Part shown: positions 27,706 to 38,278 of the stretch, in pieces
Layout of the letters: the number at the start of each line of letters is the position of its first letter
Numbering within the stretch: position 1 is the stretch's first letter
Program-made: the position numbers and the translations under genes
From: an uncultured Pelagibacteraceae bacterium
GTDB taxonomy: Bacteria; Pseudomonadota; Alphaproteobacteria; Pelagibacterales; Pelagibacteraceae
DNA: 64,000 nt
Reading direction: 5' to 3'
Assembly: GCA_902579605.1 (NCBI GenBank)
Contig: CACHHD010000002.1
Location: 22,442-86,441 of the forward strand
Notes under the pieces: generated by a model
What the model saw: only the letters and a program-made list of their open reading frames with translations
Told to the model about the DNA's origin: nothing
Database searches by the model: none

Positions 27706-30138
27706 ATGAAATCAAAAGCTAAAGTAGTTGTTGTTGGAGGTGGTGTTGTAGGTGTCAGCACGCTTTACCATTTAGCAAAAAAAGGATGGTCTGACGTGGT
27801 TCTTATTGAACGAAAAGAACTTACATCTGGATCTACTTGGCATGCCGCTGGTTTGTTGCCTTTGTTTAATATGAGTTATTCGGTAGGACAACTTCACAGG
27901 TACGCAGTTCAACTTTATAAATCTTTAGAAAAAGAAACTGGAAAGAATGTTGGATTCAGTGTTGTTTCTAATATACGTTTAGCTCAAACTCAAGATAGGA
28001 TGGATGAGTATCACCAATATGCTGGGGTGGCTAAAACAATTGGTGTTGACGTAAAATTTTTAAAACCTGAGCAAGTAAAAGAGATTTGGCCATTGTGTAA
28101 TATTGAAGGCTTAGTTGGTGCAATTCAACACCCAGAAGATGGATATATTCAACCAGCAGACTTAACTCAAGCTATGGCAACAGGTGCAAGAAATCATGGC
28201 GCAGAAATTTACAGAAACACAACGGTATCAGGAATTAAGCAAACAAAAGAGGGTTGGGTAGTTCAGACAGATAAAGGAGATATAACTTGCGAACATGTTG
28301 TTTCCTGCAGTGGTAACTTTGCAAGGCAAACTGGGCGTATGGTAGGATTAGAAGTTCCGGTTATGCCGGTCGAACATCAATATATTGTTACTGAGCCACA
28401 TCCAGAAATTCAAAAAAGAAAAAAAGAGGGTAAACCAGAGATGGGAGTTTTAAGAGATAGTGATAACTCTTGGTACATGAGAGAGGAAGCTGGAGGTTTA
28501 TTACTTGGTCCTTATGAAAAAGGCGCTCCATGTTGTTATGTCGATGGACCTTCAAAAGATAGCGAGTACGAATTATTTCAAGAAGATTTAGACAGATTAG
28601 CTCCACATATAGAGGGAGCAATTAAAAGAGTGCCAGCATTCGGTGAAGTCGGCGTAAAAAAAGTTTACAATGGAGCAATAGCTTATACACCTGACGGAAA
28701 TCCTATTGTTGGACCTGCTTGGGGTTTAAAAAACTTTTGGATTAATGAAGGACATAGTTTTGGTATTACAGCAGCAGGTGGCGCTGGATGGCAATTAGCT
28801 GAGTGGATAATAGACGGAGAACCAACAATAGATATGTTAGGCGTTGAACCAAGAAGATATGGTGCATATGTTACAAAATCATATTTAAAAGCTAAAAATG
28901 AAGAAGCTTACGCTAATGTATTCACTGTACACTATCCTGATGAAGAACGTGAAGCTGGTCGACCTCTAAGGCAAGCACCTTGTTATGATAGATTAAAAAA
29001 GCTAGGAGCAGTTTTTGGATCTAAATTTGGTTGGGAACGAGCTAACTTTTTTACAGAAAAAGGAGAGAAACAAGAAGATGATTGGTCTTTTAGAAGATCT
29101 AAATGGTTTAAAAATGTCGAGCGTGAATGTAAAAATGTCAAAGAGAATGTTGGTTTACTGGACATGACTGCATTTGGGAAATGTAGAATTAAAGGTCCTG
29201 GTGCAGAAGAATTTTTAGACAAATTAGTTGCTAATAAATTACCCAAAAAAATTGGAAGAATTAATCTTTGTCATGCTTTAAATACTAAAGGTGGGGTTCA
29301 TTCAGAGTTTACCATAATGAGAGAAGCTGAAGATAGTTTTTATTTAGTGTCTGCAGGTGCCTATCAAAGACTTGATCACGATTGGATACAAAAATGGATG
29401 CCAGAAGACGGCACTGTTCAATATGAAAATTTAACTAATAGTATGGGAGTTTTAGTTGTTACCGGACCAAAAGCTAGACAACTAATGCAGAAAGTTTCAC
29501 GATCAGATTTTTCTAACGAGCGATTTAAATGGTTAAGTGCTCAAAACATTAACATTGGTTTAGCGCCTTGTAACGCGATGAGGGTTAACTTTGTTGGTGA
29601 ATTAGGTTGGGAGTTACATCACCCAATTGAATACCAAAATCATATATTTGATCAGCTCATGGAGGCTGGTAAAGAATTTGGTATAAAACCTTACGGTATT
29701 AGAGCGATGAATAGTTTAAGATTAGAGAAATCTTACAAACTTGTAGGAACAGAATTGTCAATTGAATACTCTCCATACGAATCTGGTTTAGATAGGTTTA
29801 TTCATCCTAACAAAGGAGATTTTATTGGTCGTGCGGCATTAGACAAATGGAGAGCAAAAGGCTTTTCAAATAAATTAGTAACTATGGAGATTCATGGTGT
29901 TACAGATGCCGATGTTTTAGGAAATAATCCCATTTATGATAATGGGTCAGTAGTTGGAAGAGCTACAGGTGGTGATTTTGGATTTAGATTAAATAAATCT
30001 ATAGCTTTAGGAATGGTAAAGCCTGAATTAGCTAAAGTTGGTAAAAAATTAAAAATTGATATTCTTGGTAAAATGCATGAAGCTTCAATAGTTGAAGACT
30101 CTCCGTATGATGCTGAAAATAAATTACTTAGAGCCTAA
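27706..30138 (+). CDS. Dimethylglycine/sarcosine dehydrogenase-like FAD oxidoreductase with GcvT folate-binding domain
   Basis: GGGVVG, LTSGSTWHAAG (covalent-FAD His), YTPDG.P and GcvT domain (FVGELGWELH, LRLEK); 810 aa. Confidence 0.88.
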   Translation: MKSKAKVVVVGGGVVGVSTLYHLAKKGWSDVVLIERKELTSGSTWHAAGLLPLFNMSYSVGQLHRYAVQLYKSLEKETGKNVGFSVVSNIRLAQTQDRMDEYHQYAGVAKTIGVDVKFLKPEQVKEIWPLCNIEGLVGAIQHPEDGYIQPADLTQAMATGARNHGAEIYRNTTVSGIKQTKEGWVVQTDKGDITCEHVVSCSGNFARQTGRMVGLEVPVMPVEHQYIVTEPHPEIQKRKKEGKPEMGVLRDSDNSWYMREEAGGLLLGPYEKGAPCCYVDGPSKDSEYELFQEDLDRLAPHIEGAIKRVPAFGEVGVKKVYNGAIAYTPDGNPIVGPAWGLKNFWINEGHSFGITAAGGAGWQLAEWIIDGEPTIDMLGVEPRRYGAYVTKSYLKAKNEEAYANVFTVHYPDEEREAGRPLRQAPCYDRLKKLGAVFGSKFGWERANFFTEKGEKQEDDWSFRRSKWFKNVERECKNVKENVGLLDMTAFGKCRIKGPGAEEFLDKLVANKLPKKIGRINLCHALNTKGGVHSEFTIMREAEDSFYLVSAGAYQRLDHDWIQKWMPEDGTVQYENLTNSMGVLVVTGPKARQLMQKVSRSDFSNERFKWLSAQNINIGLAPCNAMRVNFVGELGWELHHPIEYQNHIFDQLMEAGKEFGIKPYGIRAMNSLRLEKSYKLVGTELSIEYSPYESGLDRFIHPNKGDFIGRAALDKWRAKGFSNKLVTMEIHGVTDADVLGNNPIYDNGSVVGRATGGDFGFRLNKSIALGMVKPELAKVGKKLKIDILGKMHEASIVEDSPYDAENKLLRA

Positions 30139-30888
30139 ATGAAAATTCTTGTAGCAGTAAAAAGGGTGATTGATTATAACGTTCAAATTAGAGTTAAGGA
30201 GGACGGATCAGGTGTGCACACCGATAATGTTAAGATGTCAACTAATCCACCGGATGATAATGCAGTTGAAGAGTCTGTTAAATTAAAAGAGTCTGGAAAA
30301 GTAAAAGAGGTGATCGCTATTTCAATTGGTGAGGATAAAGCACAAGAAACTATTAGAAAAGCATTAGCAATAGGGGCAGACAAAGGTATCCATGTTAAAG
30401 CAGACAGTTATATAGAGCCGTTAGGTATAGCAAAAATATTAAAAAGTATTGTAGAAAAAGAAAAACCAGATATGGTTTTCTTAGGCAAACAGGCAATCGA
30501 TGATGATTGTAATCAAACAGGTCAAATGTTAGCTGCGATGCTTAATTGGCCTCAAGCTACTTTTACTTCTAAAGTAAATTTAAAAGAGAAGTCTGTTGAG
30601 ATAGTTAGAGAAATTGATGAAGGGTTAGAAACGATTGAGGTGAACTTACCATCTGTTGTATCTTGTGATTTAAGACTAAACGAACCAAGATTTGCGTCTT
30701 TACCGAATATCATGAAGGCAAAAAAGAAACCAATGGAGCAAATAAATGCAAAGGATTTAGGCTTAGATCTAACAAATAGAATTCAACAGATTAAAGTGGA
30801 TGAACCACCAAAAAGGAAAGCTGGAATTAAAGTTGCAAACGTTGCTGAATTAGTAAGTAAACTTAAAAATGAAGCTAAGGTATTATAA
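30139..30888 (+). CDS. etfB: Electron transfer flavoprotein beta subunit
   Basis: KRVIDY, GKQAIDDD.NQTGQM and LNEPR.ASLPNIMKAKKK motifs. Confidence 0.95.
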   Translation: MKILVAVKRVIDYNVQIRVKEDGSGVHTDNVKMSTNPPDDNAVEESVKLKESGKVKEVIAISIGEDKAQETIRKALAIGADKGIHVKADSYIEPLGIAKILKSIVEKEKPDMVFLGKQAIDDDCNQTGQMLAAMLNWPQATFTSKVNLKEKSVEIVREIDEGLETIEVNLPSVVSCDLRLNEPRFASLPNIMKAKKKPMEQINAKDLGLDLTNRIQQIKVDEPPKRKAGIKVANVAELVSKLKNEAKVL

Positions 30889-31841
30889 TGTCAGTATTAT
30901 TAATAGCAGAACATGACAATTCAAAATTAAAACCATTTACATTAAATGCTATCACTGCAGCATCTAAGATTAACATCGATGTTCATGTTTTAGTAGCTGG
31001 TTCAAATTGTGAGAATGTATCAAAAGAAATAGCAAGTGTGCCTTTAGTTAAGAAAGTGTTATGGTGTGACTCACCTAATTATCAAAATTATCTGCCTGAA
31101 AACCTAGCTCCTTTAGTAACAAAAGCTGCAGAGCATTATGATCATATTGTAGCGTCTGCAAATACTTTTGGAAAAAATTTTATGCCGAGAGTAGCAGCTG
31201 CATTAGATATTTCTCAAGTAAGTGATATTATTAAAGTTTCTAGTCCTGATACTTTTATAAGACCTATTTATGCTGGTAATGCTTTTGCAACTGTAAAAAG
31301 TAATGATAAAAAGAAATGTGTAACTATTAGACCTACTTCATTTGAACCAGCTGAAAAAACTGGTGGCTCTGCTAAAATTGAAAAAATTGAAGCGGTTGAT
31401 ATACCAAATATTTCAAAATTTATTAAGAGAGAAGAAACAAAATCAGAAAGACCAGAGCTTGGAACGGCAAGAGTTGTTGTATCAGGAGGCAGAGGTTTAG
31501 AAAGTGGAGAAAATTTTAAATTAATAACAGATATAGCAGATAAACTTAATGCTGCAGTGGGTGCATCTCGAGCTGCTGTTGATGCTGGTTATATAAGCAA
31601 CGATCATCAGGTTGGTCAAACAGGAAAAGTAGTAGTGCCTGATTTGTATATTGCTGTTGGAATTTCAGGAGCGATTCAGCATCTTGCTGGTATGAAAGAG
31701 AGCAAAATAATTGTCGCAATTAATAAAGATGGTGAAGCACCTATTTTTAGTGTTGCAGACTACGGTTTAGAAGCAGATTTATTTAAGGCTCTTCCAGAAT
31801 TTTTGGCTGAGTTGAACAAACTGAATACTATCCAAAAATAA
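30888..31841 (+). CDS. etfA: Electron transfer flavoprotein alpha subunit
   Basis: RPIYAGN, SGGRG, GASRAAVDAG, QVGQTGK and GISGAIQH motifs. Confidence 0.95.
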   Translation: MSVLLIAEHDNSKLKPFTLNAITAASKINIDVHVLVAGSNCENVSKEIASVPLVKKVLWCDSPNYQNYLPENLAPLVTKAAEHYDHIVASANTFGKNFMPRVAAALDISQVSDIIKVSSPDTFIRPIYAGNAFATVKSNDKKKCVTIRPTSFEPAEKTGGSAKIEKIEAVDIPNISKFIKREETKSERPELGTARVVVSGGRGLESGENFKLITDIADKLNAAVGASRAAVDAGYISNDHQVGQTGKVVVPDLYIAVGISGAIQHLAGMKESKIIVAINKDGEAPIFSVADYGLEADLFKALPEFLAELNKLNTIQK

Positions 31842-31862
31842 CTAGTTTGATATAGTAATTTC

Positions 31863-33470
31863 ATGGCTAGAGAAGCAATGGAATATGATGTGGTTATTGT
31901 TGGTGCAGGACCAGCAGGCTTAACTACTGCAATAAAACTTAAACAACTTGATTCAAATTTAAGCATTTGTATTCTTGAAAAAGGATCTGAAGTTGGCGCT
32001 CATATTTTAAGCGGTAACGTATTTGAAACACAGGCGCTAGATGAATTATTGCCAAATTGGAAAAATGAAAATGCACCAATTAAAACAAAAGTAAGTAAGG
32101 AAAAATTTTTATTTCTTGGGAAAAATTCCTCTTTAAGTTGGCCGACGTGGCTTTTACCAGCTGTTCAAAAAAATCATAAAAATTACATTATTAGTTTAGC
32201 TAATCTTTGCCGTTGGCTTGCAGAACAGGCTGAAAAACTTGGTGTAGAGATATTTCCAGGATTTCCAGCAAGTGAAGTTTTATATAATGAAGATGGGTCT
32301 GTTAAAGGTGTAGCAACACAGGATATGGGCTTAGATAAAGAAAGTAATAAAAAGGATACTTTTCAAGAAGGTATGGATTTACATGCTAAAGTCACAGTTT
32401 TTTCAGAAGGATGTAGAGGCCACTTAGGCAAACAATTAATTAAAAAATTTAATTTAGATAAGGGAAAAAATCCACAGCAGTACGGTATTGGTTTAAAAGA
32501 AATATGGGAAGTTAGTGAACAGCAGCACCAAGAAGGTTTGGTAATGCATACTGCAGGATGGCCATTAGATAAAAATACTTATGGTGGAAGCTTTATATAC
32601 CATGCAGAAAATAGACAAATTTATTTGGGATACGTTATTGGTTTAGATTACCAAAATCCACATCTTTCGCCGTTTGATGAGTTTCAAAGATTTAAAACTC
32701 ATCCGTCAATTAGAAAAATGTTTGAAGGAGGAAAAAGAATTTCTTTTGGAGCAAGAGCTTTAATAGAAGGTGGTATTCAAAGTCTACCCAAAATGTATAT
32801 GCCGGGAGCGTTGCTAATCGGTTGTGATGCTGGAACTTTAAATATGCCAAAGATTAAAGGCTCTCATACAGCAATGAAAAGTGGAATAATTGCAGCTGAA
32901 ACAATTATAGAGCATATCAAAGATAAAGTAGATCTATCTATATATGAAAAAAAATTCAAAGAAAGTTGGGCTTACAAAGAGTTATACGCAGCAAGAAATG
33001 TTAAACCAAGTTTTAGCTGGGGTTTAATAATGGGTATTATTTTTACAGGTATTGACCAGATTCTTTTTAGAGGAAAGCTACCATTTACTTTAAAACATAA
33101 ACATGCTGACCATGAAGCCTTAAAACCTGCAGATCAAATGCCTAAAATTGATTATCCAAAACCTGATGGTAAGTTAACTTTTGACAAAACGAGTTCAGTT
33201 TATCTTACTGGAACTAACCATACCGAAAATCAACCTGTGCATTTAAAGCTTAAAGATCCAGAATTACCAATTAAATACACTCTTCAAAAGTACGATGAAC
33301 CGGCGAAAAGATATTGTCCTGTCGGTGTTTACGAAATTCAGCAGGAAAAATTTGTGATAAACTCACAAAACTGCATCCATTGTAAAACTTGTGATATTAA
33401 AGAGCCTTCCCAAAATATTATTTGGGTTACCCCTGAAGGTGGTGGTGGTCCCAAGTACGGAAATATGTAA
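31863..33470 (+). CDS. ETF-ubiquinone oxidoreductase
   Basis: GAGPAG, EKGSEVGAHILSG and IKGSHTAMKSG motifs; C-terminal CP...CIHCKTC 4Fe-4S site. Confidence 0.95.
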   Translation: MAREAMEYDVVIVGAGPAGLTTAIKLKQLDSNLSICILEKGSEVGAHILSGNVFETQALDELLPNWKNENAPIKTKVSKEKFLFLGKNSSLSWPTWLLPAVQKNHKNYIISLANLCRWLAEQAEKLGVEIFPGFPASEVLYNEDGSVKGVATQDMGLDKESNKKDTFQEGMDLHAKVTVFSEGCRGHLGKQLIKKFNLDKGKNPQQYGIGLKEIWEVSEQQHQEGLVMHTAGWPLDKNTYGGSFIYHAENRQIYLGYVIGLDYQNPHLSPFDEFQRFKTHPSIRKMFEGGKRISFGARALIEGGIQSLPKMYMPGALLIGCDAGTLNMPKIKGSHTAMKSGIIAAETIIEHIKDKVDLSIYEKKFKESWAYKELYAARNVKPSFSWGLIMGIIFTGIDQILFRGKLPFTLKHKHADHEALKPADQMPKIDYPKPDGKLTFDKTSSVYLTGTNHTENQPVHLKLKDPELPIKYTLQKYDEPAKRYCPVGVYEIQQEKFVINSQNCIHCKTCDIKEPSQNIIWVTPEGGGGPKYGNM

Positions 33471-33516
33471 AATAACTATTGCATTTATCTTAAAGAAAGC
33501 ATAATTGCTTTCCAAA

Positions 33517-34428
33517 ATGTTGAAAATCTTAGAAAATAGTCCCGCTGCTATCGTAGTTTTAATAGCTGGTATCTTTTGGTCTTTTGGGCCACTTGTTGTC
33601 AGAAAAATTGATGGAGCAGAACTAATAGCTTGGCAGTATTTATTTTTTAGAGGTTCAGTTATTTTTTTAGTTTTAAATATTTATTTGTTTTTAATTGAAG
33701 GTAAAAAATTTACAAAAAATTATAATAAGATAGGATTGTCTGGATTTATAGGTGGTATATGTTTAGGTATCGCCAAAGTCACATTTATCCTATCAATAAT
33801 AGCAACTGAAGCGGCAATAACTTTATTAATGCTAGCTGCAATGCCATTTTTAGCATCAATTTTAGCTTACATTTTTCTAAAAGAAAAAATATCTAAACCA
33901 ACATTAATTTCAATTTTAATAGCAGCTGTAGGAATAATTTTCATGTCATTTGATAGTAAGAATGGTGGTACATTATTTGGTTTAATAAATGGACTATTAT
34001 CTTCACTTGGATTTGCGGGATACACAGTTACTCTCAGATGGCGAAAAAATACACCAAAATTAACAACCGTTGCAATGGGTGGTCTTTTCTGCACCCTCGT
34101 TGCAATAATAGTTCTGATTTTTAAAGGTGATAATATATTTATTTCATTCAAAAATTCATCTCTATCTTCTTTACATGGGTTTTTAGTTTGCTCAGGATTA
34201 ATATTATATTCTTTGAAATCAAAATTTTTACCTGCTGCTGAGTTAACTTTATTATCTCTTACTGAGGTTTTGGCTGGAATATTTTGGGTTTGGTTACCCT
34301 TGTTTGGAATTAATGAGGTACCAAGTGTAAACACATTTATAGGTGGTGGTTTTATGACTTTTTCTATTATTTACTATGGTTTAAATACTAGGCGTAAAAT
34401 GTTTAGGTACTCAAGAGGCGTTACTTAA
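33517..34428 (+). CDS. EamA/DMT family transporter
   Basis: Ten-TM pattern with FLKE and GINE.P repeats. ATG at 33517 preferred over TTG at 33505. Confidence 0.85.
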   Translation: MLKILENSPAAIVVLIAGIFWSFGPLVVRKIDGAELIAWQYLFFRGSVIFLVLNIYLFLIEGKKFTKNYNKIGLSGFIGGICLGIAKVTFILSIIATEAAITLLMLAAMPFLASILAYIFLKEKISKPTLISILIAAVGIIFMSFDSKNGGTLFGLINGLLSSLGFAGYTVTLRWRKNTPKLTTVAMGGLFCTLVAIIVLIFKGDNIFISFKNSSLSSLHGFLVCSGLILYSLKSKFLPAAELTLLSLTEVLAGIFWVWLPLFGINEVPSVNTFIGGGFMTFSIIYYGLNTRRKMFRYSRGVT

Positions 34429-34944
34429 TAAAGCCGTATCTTTTAATCTTTTTTGAAAATAATCCTCATAGGACTTATTACAAGTTATAACGAACTTATT
34501 TCCTAAATTATAAATTGAGCAGTCTATTCTTGCAATAATAGTCTGAGCCATAGTTAATTTTGGAAATTTTTCTTCTCTCAAATCAAAATGAGTTAATTGA
34601 TTCAAAAAATAGTCTTTTTTCTCTCCTTCAATTTCAAAGTATACTTGACCATAAGAATAATCAGAGGCAAGCATATTTTCATTAGTGTTAATCGAAGATA
34701 CCAAATTTAAAATTTGATGATGTTCCTTTTTATCCATTAAAATTAAACTCCACTGATCAAAAGAATTTTTTGCAAATAGATAATTTAAATCGTACTTGAT
34801 CTCCAAGTTTTTTGATGGAGGTTTAATTGAGGTTTTTTCTTCAATTGTATTATTAAATTTTTCAAGTCCATCTCCTCTAATTATTATTTGATGATAATCT
34901 TTTTGGGAAAATTTTACACCAGGAATTGACAATATGTTTGTCAT
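34411..34944 (-). CDS. soxG: Sarcosine oxidase gamma subunit
   Basis: Position after soxA; D.S.G, DLR...F, AQT and SY.DY motifs. Confidence 0.8.
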   Translation of the reverse strand: MTNILSIPGVKFSQKDYHQIIIRGDGLEKFNNTIEEKTSIKPPSKNLEIKYDLNYLFAKNSFDQWSLILMDKKEHHQILNLVSSINTNENMLASDYSYGQVYFEIEGEKKDYFLNQLTHFDLREEKFPKLTMAQTIIARIDCSIYNLGNKFVITCNKSYEDYFQKRLKDTALLSNAS

Positions 34945-37922
34945 GAGGTTAACCTCTTATTTTCTGGATCTATAAATACTGGATTTACTATTTCCACAGG
35001 AATATTTTTGGTCTTTCCCGTGGCAGTTACAAAAAATTTCTGCCCAAGTAAATTTTTACCCCCTCTTATCATAGCTAGACCAATTGAATGATTTAAATTT
35101 GGACTGTGATAACCTGAGGAAACATGTCCAAGATATTTTATTGGATTTGTAATTTTTTTTGGTAACTCGTTTAATTCGACTATATGTTGTCCTTCTTCTA
35201 TAATATCTTTTTTATTGATAGGTGAAATACCAACAAGTTGTTTTCTGTCTTCTCTAGAGGTGTCCGGACGAGATAGAGATCTTTTACCAATAAAGTCTTT
35301 TTTATTTTTACCTATCATCCAATTATAGTTAAGATCTATAGGAGTGACTGTGCCATCGGTTTCTTGACCAATAACGATATAGCCTTTTTCTGCTCTAAGT
35401 AAATGCATTGTTTCAGTTCCGTATGGAATTAAATTATACTCTTTACCGCAAGAAAATATTTCTTCCCAGAGCTCTAAGCCAATTTTGGGAGGGATATAAA
35501 TTTCATAACCTAATTCACCTGTAAAGCTAGCTCTCATAATTCTGATTTTAGTTTCTTTATAATCAAAGTTTTTAAAAGTCATAAACGGGAAAGCATCGTT
35601 ACTAAAATCAATATCAGGAAATACTTTCATCATAATTTCCCTCGTTTTAGGTCCGCTAATGTTAAATGTAGAAAACTGCTCAGTAATAGAGTTTAAATAG
35701 ACTTGTAAATGAGGCCATTCTGTTTGTAAATATTCTTCCATGTCAGCAAGTACTTTTGGTGCTCCACTTGATGTAGTAGTAGCTATAAAATGCTGATCAC
35801 TTATTTTGCAGATTATACCATCATCTTTTATCATGCCATCTTCACCGAGCATCATAGCGTATCTTGATGTCATTGGTTTCATTTTTGTAAATGCATTGGT
35901 GTACATTAAATTCATAAATTCCAAAGCATCTCTTCCTTTAATTTCAATTTTCCCTAAGGTACTACCATCTAAAATTCCAGCATTCTCTCTTAACATTTTT
36001 GACTCTCTTTGCACTGCTTGATGCATAGTTTCGTTTTCACTTGCTTTAAAATACCAAGGTCTTTTCCACTGTCCTACATCTTCGAAAACAGCATTATTTT
36101 TTAAATGCCATGAGTGAATTGAAGTTTTTCTTTCTGGATCATAAAATTCGTAAGTACTTCTTCCTGCGATAGCTGCAAAGCTTAATGGTGCATAAGGTGG
36201 TCTATAAGTAGTAGTTCCAACCTCAGATATTTCTTTTTTTAACATCTTTGAGACTATCGCAAGTGAATTAATACTACTAATTTTACCTTGGTCAGTTCCC
36301 ATACTATTTGTTGTATATCTTTTTAAGTGTTCAATGCGATCAAATCCCTCTGTTATAGCCTGTTTCAAATCTTTAGTTGTTACATCGTTATGTAGGTCAA
36401 TAAAAGATTTTGCCCAATTAGAATTGTTCTTCTTTTTTGTTTCCCACAATTCCTTAATTGAAAATTTATTTGGTACGTTTAAGTTAATATCTAATGATAC
36501 TTTTTTTGTTTTAAAAATTGAAAGTTTTTCATTAATTTCATCACATAACTTTTTAAAACTATAATTTCCGCTTGTTGATCCTAAAGTGATGGTTTTTTGA
36601 AAAGGTGTATCAGGTTTGAATGAAAGAATATTTTTATCCCATTTTACCAAACCTTTTGATTGTGTAAATAAATGTATATCAGGATTGTATCCACCTGAAA
36701 CACATAACATAGAAGACTTAAGTTTAGTAAATGATTTACCTTGTCTTATAGTAATGGTCTCTACTTTTTTATTGCCGTCACATCCTTCTATTTCCGCGTC
36801 AGTAAAAAAAGAAATATCGCTATCTCTTAAAATTTTTTTAATTTCAGTTTCAATATTGTCTTTTTTTCTAGAGTCAACGTAAGCTTTTGGTTTACACCCT
36901 AAGCTAATTAATTTTTTTAGTAAGCTTAATGAAGATGAATTGTTTGTAAATATAATTGGTTCTTTTTCAGGAACAACGCCGTATCTGTGAATATATTTTT
37001 CAAATGAAGACGCTAACATTACTCCTGGCAAATCATTATTTCTAAAAGAAATAAATCTTTCTATATGGCCATTAGCTATTATGGTGTTTGAAGTTCTAAT
37101 TTTGTGAAGTGTGAGCTCTGATTTATTTAAATCAATTTTTTTCCCGGCAAACTTATCTTCTAAAGCTATAAGATGATTTGTAAAGTTATATGTTGTCACT
37201 AAGGTATTTTTTAAAACAGTAATATTTTTTGAATTTAAAATTAATTCCTCAGTTTCACTTATCCACTCTTGAGGAGTCAAACCGTTTATAGTTTTGACTT
37301 TATTTGAATTTTTAAGCACACCTCCCAAATAACTATCTTGTTCGATAAGTAAAACTTTATATTTCGTATTTATAAATTTTTTTGCTGCAGCTAACCCGCT
37401 CAACCCTGCCCCTATGATAACTACATCATTATTGTGATATTGATGAGTGCTTTTAGACCTGAAATTTTTTGGTGGTTTACCTAATCCAGCTGAATGTCTT
37501 ATTAAAGGTTCATAAAGATTTTTCCAAAAACCTTTCGGACCCATGAAAGTTTTGTAATAAAAACCAGCTGAGAATATCGGTGAAAGAATATTATTAATTG
37601 CTCCAAAATCATATTTTAAGGACGGCCATCGATTTTGGCTTGCAATCTCCATTCCATCATAAACTCGTTTAATTGTTGCTCGAGTATTAGGCTCATTATG
37701 CTCACTTATTATCTGAACCAATGCGTTAGGCTCCTCAATTCCACAAGTATATATTCCTCTTGGTCTATGATATTTAAAACTTCTACCAACTAATCTGATG
37801 TTATTTCTTAAAAGTGCAGAGGCAATAGTATCACCCTCATAAGCTTGATAAGTTTTTCCATCGAAGGTAATTTTAACTTGTTTTTTTGAGATATATTGGC
37901 AATTATTATTTATAGCTGACAT
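34941..37922 (-). CDS. soxA: Sarcosine oxidase alpha subunit
   Basis: GDTIASALL, GRSFKYHRPRG, EHLKRYTT, GTDQGK, TYRPPY and LRAEKG motifs. Confidence 0.93.
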   Translation of the reverse strand: MSAINNNCQYISKKQVKITFDGKTYQAYEGDTIASALLRNNIRLVGRSFKYHRPRGIYTCGIEEPNALVQIISEHNEPNTRATIKRVYDGMEIASQNRWPSLKYDFGAINNILSPIFSAGFYYKTFMGPKGFWKNLYEPLIRHSAGLGKPPKNFRSKSTHQYHNNDVVIIGAGLSGLAAAKKFINTKYKVLLIEQDSYLGGVLKNSNKVKTINGLTPQEWISETEELILNSKNITVLKNTLVTTYNFTNHLIALEDKFAGKKIDLNKSELTLHKIRTSNTIIANGHIERFISFRNNDLPGVMLASSFEKYIHRYGVVPEKEPIIFTNNSSSLSLLKKLISLGCKPKAYVDSRKKDNIETEIKKILRDSDISFFTDAEIEGCDGNKKVETITIRQGKSFTKLKSSMLCVSGGYNPDIHLFTQSKGLVKWDKNILSFKPDTPFQKTITLGSTSGNYSFKKLCDEINEKLSIFKTKKVSLDINLNVPNKFSIKELWETKKKNNSNWAKSFIDLHNDVTTKDLKQAITEGFDRIEHLKRYTTNSMGTDQGKISSINSLAIVSKMLKKEISEVGTTTYRPPYAPLSFAAIAGRSTYEFYDPERKTSIHSWHLKNNAVFEDVGQWKRPWYFKASENETMHQAVQRESKMLRENAGILDGSTLGKIEIKGRDALEFMNLMYTNAFTKMKPMTSRYAMMLGEDGMIKDDGIICKISDQHFIATTTSSGAPKVLADMEEYLQTEWPHLQVYLNSITEQFSTFNISGPKTREIMMKVFPDIDFSNDAFPFMTFKNFDYKETKIRIMRASFTGELGYEIYIPPKIGLELWEEIFSCGKEYNLIPYGTETMHLLRAEKGYIVIGQETDGTVTPIDLNYNWMIGKNKKDFIGKRSLSRPDTSREDRKQLVGISPINKKDIIEEGQHIVELNELPKKITNPIKYLGHVSSGYHSPNLNHSIGLAMIRGGKNLLGQKFFVTATGKTKNIPVEIVNPVFIDPENKRLTS

Positions 37923-37925
37923 ACT

Positions 37926-38276
37926 TTACTTCTTAACTGCAAAATTTCCTGATCCTACTGATGGCTCGCCAGATGGTGATTTGAGAGTGTTTTGAAATTC
38001 GCTTAAATCTGGCCTTTTTTCATTCACTTTATAAACCTTTAATATTTGGTCAGTGGATGTATTTCTAACTGCATTAAACCATTTTTTACATCCGTGAGAA
38101 TGAACCCATCTCTCATAAAAAATTCCTTTAGGATTGTTTCTATAAAAAACATATTCTCCCCAATCTTTATCGGATAAACTTTCTGGATTTTTAGGACGAA
38201 TTACGTGAGCTTCCCCACCATTTTCAAATTCTGATTGATCTCTTTCACCGCAATATGGACATTTTATTAAAATCAT
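37926..38276 (-). CDS. soxD: Sarcosine oxidase delta subunit
   Basis: CPYCGER...EF and ERW.H..GC..WFN Zn-binding motifs. Confidence 0.93.
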   Translation of the reverse strand: MILIKCPYCGERDQSEFENGGEAHVIRPKNPESLSDKDWGEYVFYRNNPKGIFYERWVHSHGCKKWFNAVRNTSTDQILKVYKVNEKRPDLSEFQNTLKSPSGEPSVGSGNFAVKK

Positions 38277-38278
38277 GA